A stretch of DNA of 62,343 nt, from the IMG/VR virus record IMGVR_UViG_3300037851_000300, positions 1 to 62,343 of that record; one strand, 5' to 3'. Shown here in pieces: positions 46,802 through 57,253 of this stretch. The stretch is from a virus. Its lineage: Duplodnaviria; Caudoviricetes. How positions within the stretch are numbered: position 1 is the stretch's first letter; each line of letters begins with the position of its first letter. A program made the translations under genes and the position numbers. A model generated the notes under the pieces. The model was not told the DNA's origin. It saw only the letters and a program-made list of their open reading frames with translations, and ran no database searches.

Positions 46802-47154
46802 TTGATTATGGTCTTAACATAAGCCCTTGCTTCACCATTTTGAGATAGCCAAGAAGCTACCGCAGTATCGGGGTCAATTCCACGAGGGACAATCAACATC
46901 TTACAAGTTCCATCTAAAGACCTTTTAAGAGCAAGCGAAGTATCCTCAGATATAACACAGAAGTTGGTCTTGCCAGAGAATTTGTCCTTTTCAGAGTGTA
47001 TGCGTATGTATTCTGCCTCTGACCACTTTATGTCATCAATAACCAATACGCCGACCTGTTCACCCGCACCAAGTCTTTGCGCACCGAATACGATAGCTCC
47101 TGCTACGCCTATTATTGCTACACCATTACGAATTTTACTCCGAATAATAACCAT
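46798..47154 (-). CDS. Small protein with N-terminal membrane anchor
   Basis: GVAIIGVAGAIVFGAQRLGA. Confidence 0.55.
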   Translation of the reverse strand: MVIIRSKIRNGVAIIGVAGAIVFGAQRLGAGEQVGVLVIDDIKWSEAEYIRIHSEKDKFSGKTNFCVISEDTSLALKRSLDGTCKMLIVPRGIDPDTAVASWLSQNGEARAYVKTIIK

Positions 47155-50100
47155 ATATCGTGAATATTAAATAATCGGGTTCACCTGTTACAGTTCCGAA
47201 TTCAAGTGAGCTTGATGCTTTGGTGTATGAGGTGTATCGGGCATTAGTATCAATACTTGTATCTTCCTGTCCATCTATGTCGCAGGTGACTGTTTCCGTA
47301 TCATTATTACCATTCATATTTGAAACATTTATTATAACGCTTGTACCCGAATCAACGGCACAAGATACACCGGTAATTATATATTTCCAGCCAGAGGGCT
47401 TTGGAGGTAACGGTAATCGTCCACCACTTATGAAATCAAGCGAGCCCGAGGGAACGGTAGCAGACCATAGTATAGGTTTCATTGGGATAGCGGCGGCTGC
47501 ACCACCGGATTGAGTAGCTATTTTGAAGAATTCAAGAGTTGAATCATAGGCAATATCCCCGATAGCTGAGAATGTTGGAGAACCACCATCGGGGATATTT
47601 AATCTGGTATTAAAGAATCCCATTGATGCCGATGCATAAGTCTTGGCTTCAAAGCCGAGTGATAATGTAGCACCGGAAGCCGTCCAGTTAAGTGTCGGGT
47701 CGCCAGCGGACAGATTAAACGTCCAGAGATTAGAAGCGTTACCGCCAGCGCCCCAAGTTTGAGCTTCAAGTTCAGTAGTATTCACCGAGAAGTCATTCGT
47801 GGATATCGTGATACCCGTGCCTCCAGTAGCATTTGTATCGTCTGATATATCAAGTTTATTCAGGGTTATAACCTGTCCCAATATAGTCAGATAATTCGGA
47901 GTTCCTGAGAGCGTTACATCTCCACTATTAGTACCCGATAAGTTAGTTATCGTAATGGAATCTGGGATGTCGTTATCATCAAGCGTTTGGCAAGAGAATA
48001 GTCCAGTATTAGACCAAAGGAGTTGTGAGCCATTGGAATCACAATCAGTAAGTGAAGCTCCAAAGTATTTAGAAGCAGAAGCATACCCAATAGCTTCAAA
48101 GTTCGTGGACGAAGTAGCCCCTAAAGTAAATGTCTGAAGTAAGTCCCAAGTATTAGCCATCGCACGAGAGGCGGGACCGTTAGTATAATCAAGTTGTATG
48201 AACGCATCTACTGTACCCGAAGCTGTTACATTGAACGCTCCGGCATCAAAGGAGATAGAAGCGACGGGGTTTACTTTATTAGTGAAGCCCTCTTTTATCT
48301 GTAGGGCAGAACCTCCACCACCGCCCGCACCCTCTGCATCAGTACCACAGGAGAACACACCATTAGCCCAATTCAGGGTATCGCCAGCATCAGAACATTC
48401 GTTACTCGGAATAGAAGAGAACGCTGCACCGTAGTATTGAGAGGCGGAAGCTCTCCCCCGCACTTCAAAAGGCATAGAGAGCGTTGCGCCATCCGGATAT
48501 ATTATCAATTCAGTTCGCGTGGAATCTCCAAATCCAAACCTAAGAGATCCACTTGAGGTGGGAGATGGCCTTGTGAATGTTTCTATCTTTGGGCCATAAA
48601 ATATAGTACCAGTAAAACTATTTTCATATCTTCCGGAATCTAGTATAAACCCGCCAGCTATACCCTCATAAGCGGAGCCACCTAAAATCTCTATATCTCC
48701 ACCGGTATATACTTCGCATCCATCAAAACATCCTATATATGTAGCACCGCCAAATATACCGACATCGCCCCCATAAGATAAACTGCCCGAACCACTGGTG
48801 CCAAACATCTCAAGGCCGCCGCCACTCCAATCACCATTCACCGGATAATCTCCGTCAGTATCCAACACTGTCCCAGCACTTATACCTAGCCATTCTGAAC
48901 TCACTCCTGACGGCGTATTATCTATCACATTTTGACCAGATATACTTATCGCATACACATCACTTAGGGTCGTATCTCCGGTAATTTTCACATTATTAGA
49001 GAATGAAGCACCAACCGAAAATTCAGCGTGTTGGTCTATGTAAATAGTATCTGTACCATCACCATTGTCTGCTATCTCTATCGCATTTTGGTTGCCCCCA
49101 ATCAATAATCTATCGTTGGTATAATCTATCCATCCACCAGCACCGTGATTAAAATAAATACCATTCTCATTCTCAAATACAACATCTGAATTAACGAGGT
49201 CTAATTGACCACTATTGAGTAACAGCTCGGTGGAGCCCCAATCCCAGGTGTATCCCCCGGAAGATACGGAAATATTTGTATCAAGCACGAGGGGATTCTG
49301 AAATTCATCAAAATTCAGAGAATTAGAAGATACACTGCCGCCAACTCCCGTGTCATCATCGCCACAGAAGAATCTCTTATTCGTGCTGTCCCAACCTAGG
49401 GCTTGCCCATCTCCATCGCAATCATCCATCGCTATTCCAGTCGCAGAATCAACAAGATTGAATCGTGATATTGAAGCAATATTCTTTACTTCAAAGTTCC
49501 CTACCGATACCGAAGCCCCACCCTGAAAATCAATCAGACCGGTAGCTATATCTCCACCCAAGAGCAGATAAATATCATCTACATTTAGGGTGTTCGTGCT
49601 CCAATCAATGCCAGTCCCGGCAGTTATTACACTAGATGGATTATCTTTGAAACCCTCCCAAGCAGAAACTGATGCAGTAGGCGGAATCGTCAGCCCGGAG
49701 GCCAATCCGACAGTGTAAGTAGAATTTGCTCCACCATCAGTCAATGTAAAATTAGCAGTATCCACGGCTAATGAACGCTCGTAAGCAAGTGAGGCCGTAT
49801 TTCCAAGAGTGAGGAATGGGATGTTTGAATTAGTTGTATCTGTATTGGTATCTATGTCAGTACCACAGGAGAAGACTCCATTAGACCAGAGGAGTTTGTT
49901 TGTACCCACACATGAGGAAAGGCCTGCACCATATAGCTTGGATGCAGATGCATAATTAGAAGCTTCAAAGATTCCTGATACGGATGCATTGGTTAGTGAA
50001 GCCAGTCCGGAAGCACTTAATGTAGAGAGAGTGGTATTGCCTGTTACTCCGAGGGTAGAACCGAGAGTTGTTGCTCCTGATATGGATGCGGTACCTCCTA

Positions 50101-51706
50101 CCTCTAAGGCTGCGGTGGTTGCGGCTCCTGCGTTGATACCTAATCTGTTTGTACCTGTCAGCTCAAGGTTGGATGAGAAGGATGCTCCTGCATTGAAGGT
50201 ATTCAAAGCAGTCCATGTGTTCTGTGTAGCTCTGGAGGCAGGACCATTTGTCCAATCAAGCTTCACGGTTGCCTCCCCGGTAGTATCGGTTACCGTGAAA
50301 TGTCCAGCGTCAAAAGATATAGATGAGAAGCTACCCAAATCTGTATAACTATTTTGAATCTCTATTAAGGCGCCCCCGCCACCGCCACCTGTTGCGTCAG
50401 TATCACAGGAAAACTGTCCAGCATCCCAAAGAAGTTTATTCCCTCCAGTGCAAGATGTAAGCCCAGCACCGTAGAAATTACCAACCACCTCAAAATTCTC
50501 TGATACGGACGCACTCCCAAATATGTCTACTATACCATTTCTACTCGTGCCAACCCCCGGAAGCAAATTTATATTCCCGCCCGCGCCATCACCAGTAGCT
50601 TCGCCGCCATAGATGTTTATTACTCCACCATCACCGCTAGTCAATCCACCAGCACCAGCAGATAAGCTGAATCCTCCGCCTTGTCCGGTGCCAGCACCAG
50701 CAGAACCGGCATACATATCATAACCGCCACCTTCTCCGTCACCATCGCCATCACCAGCGAAAAGAACTATACTGCCACCACCAAGACCACTGCCGACAGA
50801 TTCTCCTGCGGTTATATTTATATCTCCAACTATTCCAGTGGCATACCCTATATTCATAGAGGGACTATTTGATAATAGACTAGAAGTAAAAACGGTAGAG
50901 GCAGAAGCATATCCGATGGCTTCAAAATCTAAAGAAACAGAAGCCCATCCTTTATTCCAAACCAAACCATTACCTAATGATTGCATAATTACATTCCCAG
51001 CCAAACCGGATGAAGATTGACCGCCATCAATAGTCACAGTACCACCAACGCCAGAACTGTTCCAATTACCATTTATGGTTATATTTCCGCCAATAGTCGC
51101 GGCACTACCGTGTCCAATGCCGATATTACCTCCGTCATTTTGGGAAATGTTCAAATCCATACCGGCAGTCATCCCGCGAATTCCATTAGAGCCATCAATG
51201 TCAATATACTGTCCGCCGGTATTACCAAAAGTCGCCCCCGGTACAAAATTCCATTCACCAGATATTGTTTGCGCGATAGCTCTTGAAGCTGGCCCATTAG
51301 CATAGTCCAACTGTACAAAAGCATATCCAGTTGGATTCGTTATATTAAAAGCCCCCGCATCAAAAGATACAGAGGAAACAAGGATACCAGAGTTAGGATT
51401 ACCGGCACCGATCTCTATCTGAGTGCCACCACCACCGCCTGAACCCATGTCATCATCAGAACAAATCACCTGTCCGGAACCGTTTATGGTCAAAGCTCCA
51501 CCATTTGTGTTGCCAGTACAGTCATAGGAGGGCAACCGACTAATTATATTAGTCCCAGAGATGGTAAAAGCCGGAAGAGTTTTGAGCGAATCCCCAAGTT
51601 CAATATCGGCAGATCCTTTTAGATACCCCACGATGCTATCAAAAAATCCCCCAAATACGATTGCTGGAATAAGGAATATAAAAAATGGTATCAATATTTT
51701 CTTCAT
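47135..51706 (-). CDS. Long modular fibre protein (1523 aa) with signal peptide
   Basis: Repeats SISFDAG.F..LDY.NGPASRA, C....KLLW..G.FSC.TD, FEA..YASAS; Gly-rich blocks. Confidence 0.75.
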   Translation of the reverse strand: MKKILIPFFIFLIPAIVFGGFFDSIVGYLKGSADIELGDSLKTLPAFTISGTNIISRLPSYDCTGNTNGGALTINGSGQVICSDDDMGSGGGGGTQIEIGAGNPNSGILVSSVSFDAGAFNITNPTGYAFVQLDYANGPASRAIAQTISGEWNFVPGATFGNTGGQYIDIDGSNGIRGMTAGMDLNISQNDGGNIGIGHGSAATIGGNITINGNWNSSGVGGTVTIDGGQSSSGLAGNVIMQSLGNGLVWNKGWASVSLDFEAIGYASASTVFTSSLLSNSPSMNIGYATGIVGDINITAGESVGSGLGGGSIVLFAGDGDGDGEGGGYDMYAGSAGAGTGQGGGFSLSAGAGGLTSGDGGVINIYGGEATGDGAGGNINLLPGVGTSRNGIVDIFGSASVSENFEVVGNFYGAGLTSCTGGNKLLWDAGQFSCDTDATGGGGGGALIEIQNSYTDLGSFSSISFDAGHFTVTDTTGEATVKLDWTNGPASRATQNTWTALNTFNAGASFSSNLELTGTNRLGINAGAATTAALEVGGTASISGATTLGSTLGVTGNTTLSTLSASGLASLTNASVSGIFEASNYASASKLYGAGLSSCVGTNKLLWSNGVFSCGTDIDTNTDTTNSNIPFLTLGNTASLAYERSLAVDTANFTLTDGGANSTYTVGLASGLTIPPTASVSAWEGFKDNPSSVITAGTGIDWSTNTLNVDDIYLLLGGDIATGLIDFQGGASVSVGNFEVKNIASISRFNLVDSATGIAMDDCDGDGQALGWDSTNKRFFCGDDDTGVGGSVSSNSLNFDEFQNPLVLDTNISVSSGGYTWDWGSTELLLNSGQLDLVNSDVVFENENGIYFNHGAGGWIDYTNDRLLIGGNQNAIEIADNGDGTDTIYIDQHAEFSVGASFSNNVKITGDTTLSDVYAISISGQNVIDNTPSGVSSEWLGISAGTVLDTDGDYPVNGDWSGGGLEMFGTSGSGSLSYGGDVGIFGGATYIGCFDGCEVYTGGDIEILGGSAYEGIAGGFILDSGRYENSFTGTIFYGPKIETFTRPSPTSSGSLRFGFGDSTRTELIIYPDGATLSMPFEVRGRASASQYYGAAFSSIPSNECSDAGDTLNWANGVFSCGTDAEGAGGGGGSALQIKEGFTNKVNPVASISFDAGAFNVTASGTVDAFIQLDYTNGPASRAMANTWDLLQTFTLGATSSTNFEAIGYASASKYFGASLTDCDSNGSQLLWSNTGLFSCQTLDDNDIPDSITITNLSGTNSGDVTLSGTPNYLTILGQVITLNKLDISDDTNATGGTGITISTNDFSVNTTELEAQTWGAGGNASNLWTFNLSAGDPTLNWTASGATLSLGFEAKTYASASMGFFNTRLNIPDGGSPTFSAIGDIAYDSTLEFFKIATQSGGAAAAIPMKPILWSATVPSGSLDFISGGRLPLPPKPSGWKYIITGVSCAVDSGTSVIINVSNMNGNNDTETVTCDIDGQEDTSIDTNARYTSYTKASSSLEFGTVTGEPDYLIFTIYGYYSE

Positions 51707-52503
51707 TCAGGTTTTTTCATTATAAATGTTACTCCATCAAGCTTCTGACTGACTGCATTAAGAGCCGACATAAAATCTTCTATGCCCGGTATTACTGCGT
51801 CCATCATCTTCTGGAATATACGTATCTCCTGCGATAACTGCTTGAGTAGTTTTGTTCTGACAGTAGCATCTTTTGACATATCTTTTACATTCCTGTCAAT
51901 GACGGTTAAATCGATCTTCTTTATACTCTTGGACATATCCTGCAAACTTGCTACAAATCCACTGTTTGACTTGCCCTGCAATGACTTGAGAAAATCAGTA
52001 TCATTCTTCAACCTGTCTATGGCATTTGATATCGCTGTCAAATCAACGACCGGTATTTTTGCTACCTTTTCTTCAAGCTCTTTCTTAATCTCCTCCAAGT
52101 CCTTTTTCTGTATCTTCTTATAAACATCTTCGATGATGTTGGCAATCGTAGAGTAATCTATCACCGGGCCGGGGCCGGGATGTATGGCGGCGACTTGCTG
52201 AATATACTCCGTTACCTGATATATTGCGTGGCTATCCGCATATTGAGTGCCTTGAGTAGTGTGGCCTGAATCGGAATATACCTGTATGAATTCGCTTATA
52301 TAGTATCCCAATCCTGACCTGTCCTGTGGAATTGTATATGAACCTCTGAAACGTCTGCCATCCGTAGATGACAAATCAACGGTTGCGATTAAATCATCTG
52401 TTTCCAGATTGCGAACCGTTGCTTGAGGATAGACCGTGCTTGAATCTGCCGGATCATCTTTAGCCCATTCAATATATCTTGTTGTACCGGGACGTATAAT
52501 CAT
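51703..52503 (-). CDS. Virion protein: Ig-like N-terminus + coiled-coil
   Basis: Sequence pattern and position. Confidence 0.5.
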   Translation of the reverse strand: MIIRPGTTRYIEWAKDDPADSSTVYPQATVRNLETDDLIATVDLSSTDGRRFRGSYTIPQDRSGLGYYISEFIQVYSDSGHTTQGTQYADSHAIYQVTEYIQQVAAIHPGPGPVIDYSTIANIIEDVYKKIQKKDLEEIKKELEEKVAKIPVVDLTAISNAIDRLKNDTDFLKSLQGKSNSGFVASLQDMSKSIKKIDLTVIDRNVKDMSKDATVRTKLLKQLSQEIRIFQKMMDAVIPGIEDFMSALNAVSQKLDGVTFIMKKPE

Positions 52504-52504
52504 T

Positions 52505-52921
52505 TTATAATCCTTGCTGACAAGTTATTCTAACACTTGAACTTGCTGTTGAACCGCCTGTTTCCCTACCTAATCTGTTCACGGCGGTAATAACTCCGAA
52601 ATATGGAACGCTATCGTCAATAGTGAACGATTGTGATGCCCTCAAATAGAACCCACCTCCGACAGAGGCGGTACTCCCGAACATAACCCAAGCTCCATCA
52701 CCGGAACCGCCTTCTCTATTCTGGCATAGGACAAACTTCCTGTTTAGGTTTTCAGCCAATAACTGCGTTGATACACTTGCAACCTTAACAAGAGTTGCTG
52801 TCGAGCTACCAGTCCAGACAGTATCTACCGAAGCTCCAAACGGTTTTTCCCTAAGAAACTGCGCCGCCACGACCGCTACCACGACTGTTAAGAACGATAC
52901 TACAAGTTTATTTTTACCCAT
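52505..52921 (-). CDS. Membrane-anchored or secreted decoration-like beta protein
   Basis: Start reassigned to MGKNK; LLAENLNRK..QN domain resembles the C-terminus of 10867-12456. Confidence 0.65.
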   Translation of the reverse strand: MGKNKLVVSFLTVVVAVVAAQFLREKPFGASVDTVWTGSSTATLVKVASVSTQLLAENLNRKFVLCQNREGGSGDGAWVMFGSTASVGGGFYLRASQSFTIDDSVPYFGVITAVNRLGRETGGSTASSSVRITCQQGL

Positions 52922-52994
52922 TGTTTTGTTTTTGTTTATACATATTCCTATTTCTGAAGCCGAGAAGAACGGCTTCAGAGTAGAAACAGAAGGT

Positions 52995-54083
52995 TTATGC
53001 CTTCCAGAATCCGTGTGCCAGTACCTTTCTGCGCTCGTCAATAATCTTCGCACCGAATACCCAAAGGGCTTTGTAGGCCTCTTCGAATTCTCCGGTAACA
53101 TTCTCTACGCCCTCTTTCTTGAGGCCCATCGCGAATGTTATGGCGGATTTGTGTCCGGCCAAAACGTGAGAACCATTGACTGAATCGCCAGCAACCTGTT
53201 CGGAGGTAAAGACGCTGAACTTTGCAATCTTACCGATATTTCCATTGAGGACTACATCAGAGTAGGCCACTGGAACTGCCGGGATAAGTTGCGACGTTTG
53301 AAGCGCTATATTCTCCAACCAGGATGGGATTACAAGCCACCTGTCGCTCTTGGGAGCTTTTCTCTGATCCAAGAACAACTTGAGTGCCAACACGCGCGCA
53401 TAAAAGTTACTTGCGGTAACCTGAATTGCTGTGTTCGCCTGTATCTCATAAGTAGCACCTGCTCCGATTGCACCTCCGGTATAAGCGGATGTGTCATCGT
53501 CCTTATCATCTTCAATGACTATTGCGGTCGTTGAAGAGAAGGTTTTGACCCTATACCAAGAAGTGTGGCCAAGCGCCTTGAAGGGCTTACCCACCATTCC
53601 TGATGTAAAAGTCGTGCCTGCTCCGGCAACGGCTCCTGTCGTTACCGTAACCTCAACGGTTCCAGTAGTATAAGAAGTTCCGTCCCAGTTTCCGGCACCT
53701 GCATCGGCATAAAGCCCCAAGACATAGGTATCTACCTTTTCCTGAAGCTGATTAGCCGCCTGTTGCATAAGAGCTGACTTCGGATCGGATACATAAGACA
53801 TAAACTTGTCCATATCAAATATACCGATATAGAAGGCCTTCTTCTGCGAGAGAGTAAGGTCTGCTTCCGAATCTGCCACATTCTGCAAAGTAAGCGGGGT
53901 ACCTTGTGTATAATCAACAATGTTGACGCTACCAAATGTAAGGATTTTCATCCTGTCCGCTCCGCCTGCCTTCAATTCACCCTCGTAATCATCATTAGTG
54001 ATTGCTGGTGTTACTGATTGCTCAAAGTACGGTTGTAGTACAGATTTGGCGAATTTAACGCCAAGATTTGACATACCTGCCAT
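52995..54083 (-). CDS. Major capsid protein (HK97 fold) with inserted beta domain
   Basis: TNDDYEGE, DRWLVIP, GNIGKIAKFSVFTS, AGHKSAITFA, VFGAK; follows the scaffold. Confidence 0.88.
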   Translation of the reverse strand: MAGMSNLGVKFAKSVLQPYFEQSVTPAITNDDYEGELKAGGADRMKILTFGSVNIVDYTQGTPLTLQNVADSEADLTLSQKKAFYIGIFDMDKFMSYVSDPKSALMQQAANQLQEKVDTYVLGLYADAGAGNWDGTSYTTGTVEVTVTTGAVAGAGTTFTSGMVGKPFKALGHTSWYRVKTFSSTTAIVIEDDKDDDTSAYTGGAIGAGATYEIQANTAIQVTASNFYARVLALKLFLDQRKAPKSDRWLVIPSWLENIALQTSQLIPAVPVAYSDVVLNGNIGKIAKFSVFTSEQVAGDSVNGSHVLAGHKSAITFAMGLKKEGVENVTGEFEEAYKALWVFGAKIIDERRKVLAHGFWKA

Positions 54084-54123
54084 CGTACCAAACAGCTATG
54101 AACTGTTTTAACTTACGATAGAG

Positions 54124-54879
54124 TTAGCGACCTGTACCGAGAATTCGTTCGTTTATTTTACGATCTCTTTCTCTTTCTACATTCTGTTTTTGCACTCGCA
54201 TAAACGTCTTAGGGTCCTTTAACCTAAGCACCTCAAGCTGTTCTTCGTCTATGTCGGAGGGAATACCCGCCGGCATACCGCCGAAGCCCGGCTTTTCTGG
54301 GCTTTGAAGGGAAGCTCTTTCGGCTGTTTCCTTATCGGAAACACCTCGCTCCTTTGACTTTTCAAAAAGGAATGATTTAGCTAACACATCAACCGGGGTG
54401 TCTGGGTGCCTTTCGGCATATTCCCGGAACGCCTGTTGATCTGCCTGAAGTTCTTTGAATTCGCTCTTATTAAGAGTATTTTCAATCTGCCTTCGTAGCT
54501 CATCTTCCTTATCTCTTGTCCGGAGTTTTGCTTCTGCCGCTTCTTTCTCACGCCTTAGGCGGAGATTATTCACAGCAAGCTCTCGCTCCCTCGTATCTAA
54601 AGAATCATAATCAGGTATTGTTTCGCGCAATTCAGATTCTAACTCTATTTCGGCAAATTTCTCTGCCTTCGCTTTTGCCTCTGCCAGTTGCTCTTGAAGC
54701 TTCTTGTTCTCTTCTGCAAGACGCTTTGCTTCACTGGAAGAAGCTCCATAGCGCTCTTTTATTTCCTCAAGTTCTTTGAGGGCAAGTTCGCTATTACCAT
54801 CCTGCTCGGACGTGGTTTTTACAGTTGCGCCTTCTGCGCCGGTTGGGGCAATTTCTGCCTCCAAGTTGGGCTGTGTCAT
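54124..54879 (-). CDS. Capsid scaffolding protein
   Basis: RYGASSSEAKRL motif, acidic coiled-coil, before MCP. Confidence 0.75.
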   Translation of the reverse strand: MTQPNLEAEIAPTGAEGATVKTTSEQDGNSELALKELEEIKERYGASSSEAKRLAEENKKLQEQLAEAKAKAEKFAEIELESELRETIPDYDSLDTRERELAVNNLRLRREKEAAEAKLRTRDKEDELRRQIENTLNKSEFKELQADQQAFREYAERHPDTPVDVLAKSFLFEKSKERGVSDKETAERASLQSPEKPGFGGMPAGIPSDIDEEQLEVLRLKDPKTFMRVQKQNVERERDRKINERILGTGR

Positions 54880-55162
54880 TGTGGGATGTCATCGGGCCGG
54901 GTTCGGGCCAAACAAGTTGAGCCGAAGTTGCGGATACGACAACTGTTATCTCCACCAGAAGGCAATCGTGATAGTTGCGGTCATAGTCCGCTCCGCGCAC
55001 TATTGCCTACCGGTAGAGATAGCCCCTACTGCCTATGTTGTTAATATACTGCTCGCTACCCCATCAAAATTGACATTACCGAAGCTTTTATATGCCTATG
55101 GCACATAATACGCTCTACTCATCTTTGCTCTTGTCCTGAACGATTTTTGACATATCTGATAA

Positions 55163-55522
55163 TCATTGTAGTTTAGACCTACGCTTTAGCTCATTATCAA
55201 GTTCAGTCAAAGATTTCTCCGGGTCATACCCCATCAGTTTATACAGGTCCGAACAGATACCGAGCTGGGCCTTTAGTATCGCCTGCACAGGGTCAAGACG
55301 GAAGAAGCTAAGTATCGTGGCCCCTAATGACTTCTGTTCTGCAAGTTTAGCTGATATTGCCATCACCTTGCTTATAAGGAACGAACGGACTTCATTCTGA
55401 TTCAAAGGTTCTTTGGATAATATCCGGCTCCAAGTTTCAAGCTGGTCTAAAGGCACCTCAGATATTTGCTCTTCAGAAAAACCGAGTGTCTTTAGGTATG
55501 TGCTGGCATTTATCTTAGGCAT
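55163..55522 (-). CDS. Hypothetical head-associated protein
   Basis: Coupled to portal. Confidence 0.55.
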   Translation of the reverse strand: MPKINASTYLKTLGFSEEQISEVPLDQLETWSRILSKEPLNQNEVRSFLISKVMAISAKLAEQKSLGATILSFFRLDPVQAILKAQLGICSDLYKLMGYDPEKSLTELDNELKRRSKLQ

Positions 55523-57251
55523 TTTGTTGAGCGCCGGCCATAGCTTGCGCTACTCCAAGCGTCCTTATTGTTTGATTCACTGGCTGGGATTGCATACCCC
55601 TCATTGAATTCTTGATGTTCTTAATCTCTTCCGGGGTAAATAACTCAAGCTCTGTAATAAGTTTCTCGCTAATTATATTCATAGCGATCGGATCGTTGGC
55701 GAATTGCTGTCGGGCAAATGCTATCTTCTGAAGCTTATCCTTAGTTTCATCTTCCTTCTGGCTCTTCTGCGTAACCTTTACCCTGTATTGGCTCTTATCA
55801 TTCAAACTCTTGGGCTTTAACTCAAACTGATACATCTGTGAGTTATTGCCTCGCTTTTCAAGCTTTACTCTGTCAGACGATATGGCCTTTGATATGGATA
55901 ATTCCTTCCACATATTCGCTATATCATACCAGTAACGGCTATAAAACTTCTGGAGATTATTCACTTGTCTTTGGGAACGGTTGGCAAGTATCTCTATTTC
56001 ACCCTTTGTCCTATTGCCGGATGGTGTCATACCCTTATCAATATCGGTTGTTATCATCCCACGCGAACCCATAGTCCGCACATACTCAAGTTCATCAAGT
56101 GATTCGCTCATCTCCAATACCGGTACGGATTTTATGATGTCATTAGGATTGCCCGGTAATCCATAGAAGCCAAATGGTCTTGGTATGAAAGCATCCGGGC
56201 TGAATTCCTCATTCGTAGCATCGTAAAAGTGCATCTGATAGTTCCGGAGTGTTCTGTTCTCCAACAACTGTGAAAGCCACAAATTGCTTATCTTATTTGG
56301 ATTGCGCGTGATATCTCCCGGCCCTAATTCCCAATACAGTTGAGTATCGGGGTTGTAACACCAAGTCGCATAGTTTATCCAATCAACGCCGAGTGCCTCT
56401 CTCATCGTCCTCTTCTTGAGAATGACAGTATCAAATGCCTGTAAGATTACATACAAATCAAATTTTTGCGCCTGCTTATTCCATAATCTTCGGACTGTTT
56501 CGGTACATTCAATCAAGATGTCCGTGCCGATTATAGAATCATAGTTGTTTATATTCAGAGCGCTCAGTCGTTCCATCTTTGCTTTTATCTGGTCTGCCGT
56601 ATCACTTGTGCTGAACATTCCCTTATTCGTGGCGATATAACTGTTAAGCTTGCTCTTGGCTTCTTTGGATATGGTGTTATCAGCCAATACTTCTCGGAGG
56701 GTTTTGTAGATATGCATATTGTGAATGTGCATAGCACTCTGCAAATCAAGCGGGTCGGTCTTTGGATCAACTACAACATCAAATGGATCGAGGGGCCACA
56801 CCATAAACTTGCCATCTTTAATTCCTATCTTTGAATGAGTGCGTCCAGTGTAGAACACTATGCGCTTGCCGATAAAATCAATACCAGCCATATTTAATCT
56901 GTCGTAATCCTTCTGCCAGTATTCGTTTATCAGAAGCTCATTCTTCTGCGCAAGCTCCATATCTTCGCTTATGCAGTCAAAATATATTTCAGGAACATCG
57001 TCTATCTTACCGAGCCAAGCTAATTCGTTCTCTTTCATCAAAGGAACATTCACCGGATGGCGTTGTATGAGAGGATTATTTACTACCCTGTCGCGAGCAA
57101 GGTTATAATTCTCAGTCCACGCCCCTTGACGCGGTTTCTGATATTCAATAGCGGCGTTCTTATCTTCTATAATCTGCTCAAGAATGACCTTATCTTCGGC
57201 TCTTGTATCTACGCGCATTGATTCCTGTGTTGTCGGCATCAAGTTATCCAT
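55515..57251 (-). CDS. Portal protein (P22/SU10-like)
   Basis: 578 aa, LDPFDVVVDP, RTKGEI, Q-rich tail, between TerL and scaffold. Confidence 0.82.
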   Translation of the reverse strand: MDNLMPTTQESMRVDTRAEDKVILEQIIEDKNAAIEYQKPRQGAWTENYNLARDRVVNNPLIQRHPVNVPLMKENELAWLGKIDDVPEIYFDCISEDMELAQKNELLINEYWQKDYDRLNMAGIDFIGKRIVFYTGRTHSKIGIKDGKFMVWPLDPFDVVVDPKTDPLDLQSAMHIHNMHIYKTLREVLADNTISKEAKSKLNSYIATNKGMFSTSDTADQIKAKMERLSALNINNYDSIIGTDILIECTETVRRLWNKQAQKFDLYVILQAFDTVILKKRTMREALGVDWINYATWCYNPDTQLYWELGPGDITRNPNKISNLWLSQLLENRTLRNYQMHFYDATNEEFSPDAFIPRPFGFYGLPGNPNDIIKSVPVLEMSESLDELEYVRTMGSRGMITTDIDKGMTPSGNRTKGEIEILANRSQRQVNNLQKFYSRYWYDIANMWKELSISKAISSDRVKLEKRGNNSQMYQFELKPKSLNDKSQYRVKVTQKSQKEDETKDKLQKIAFARQQFANDPIAMNIISEKLITELELFTPEEIKNIKNSMRGMQSQPVNQTIRTLGVAQAMAGAQQNA

Positions 57252-57253
57252 TG

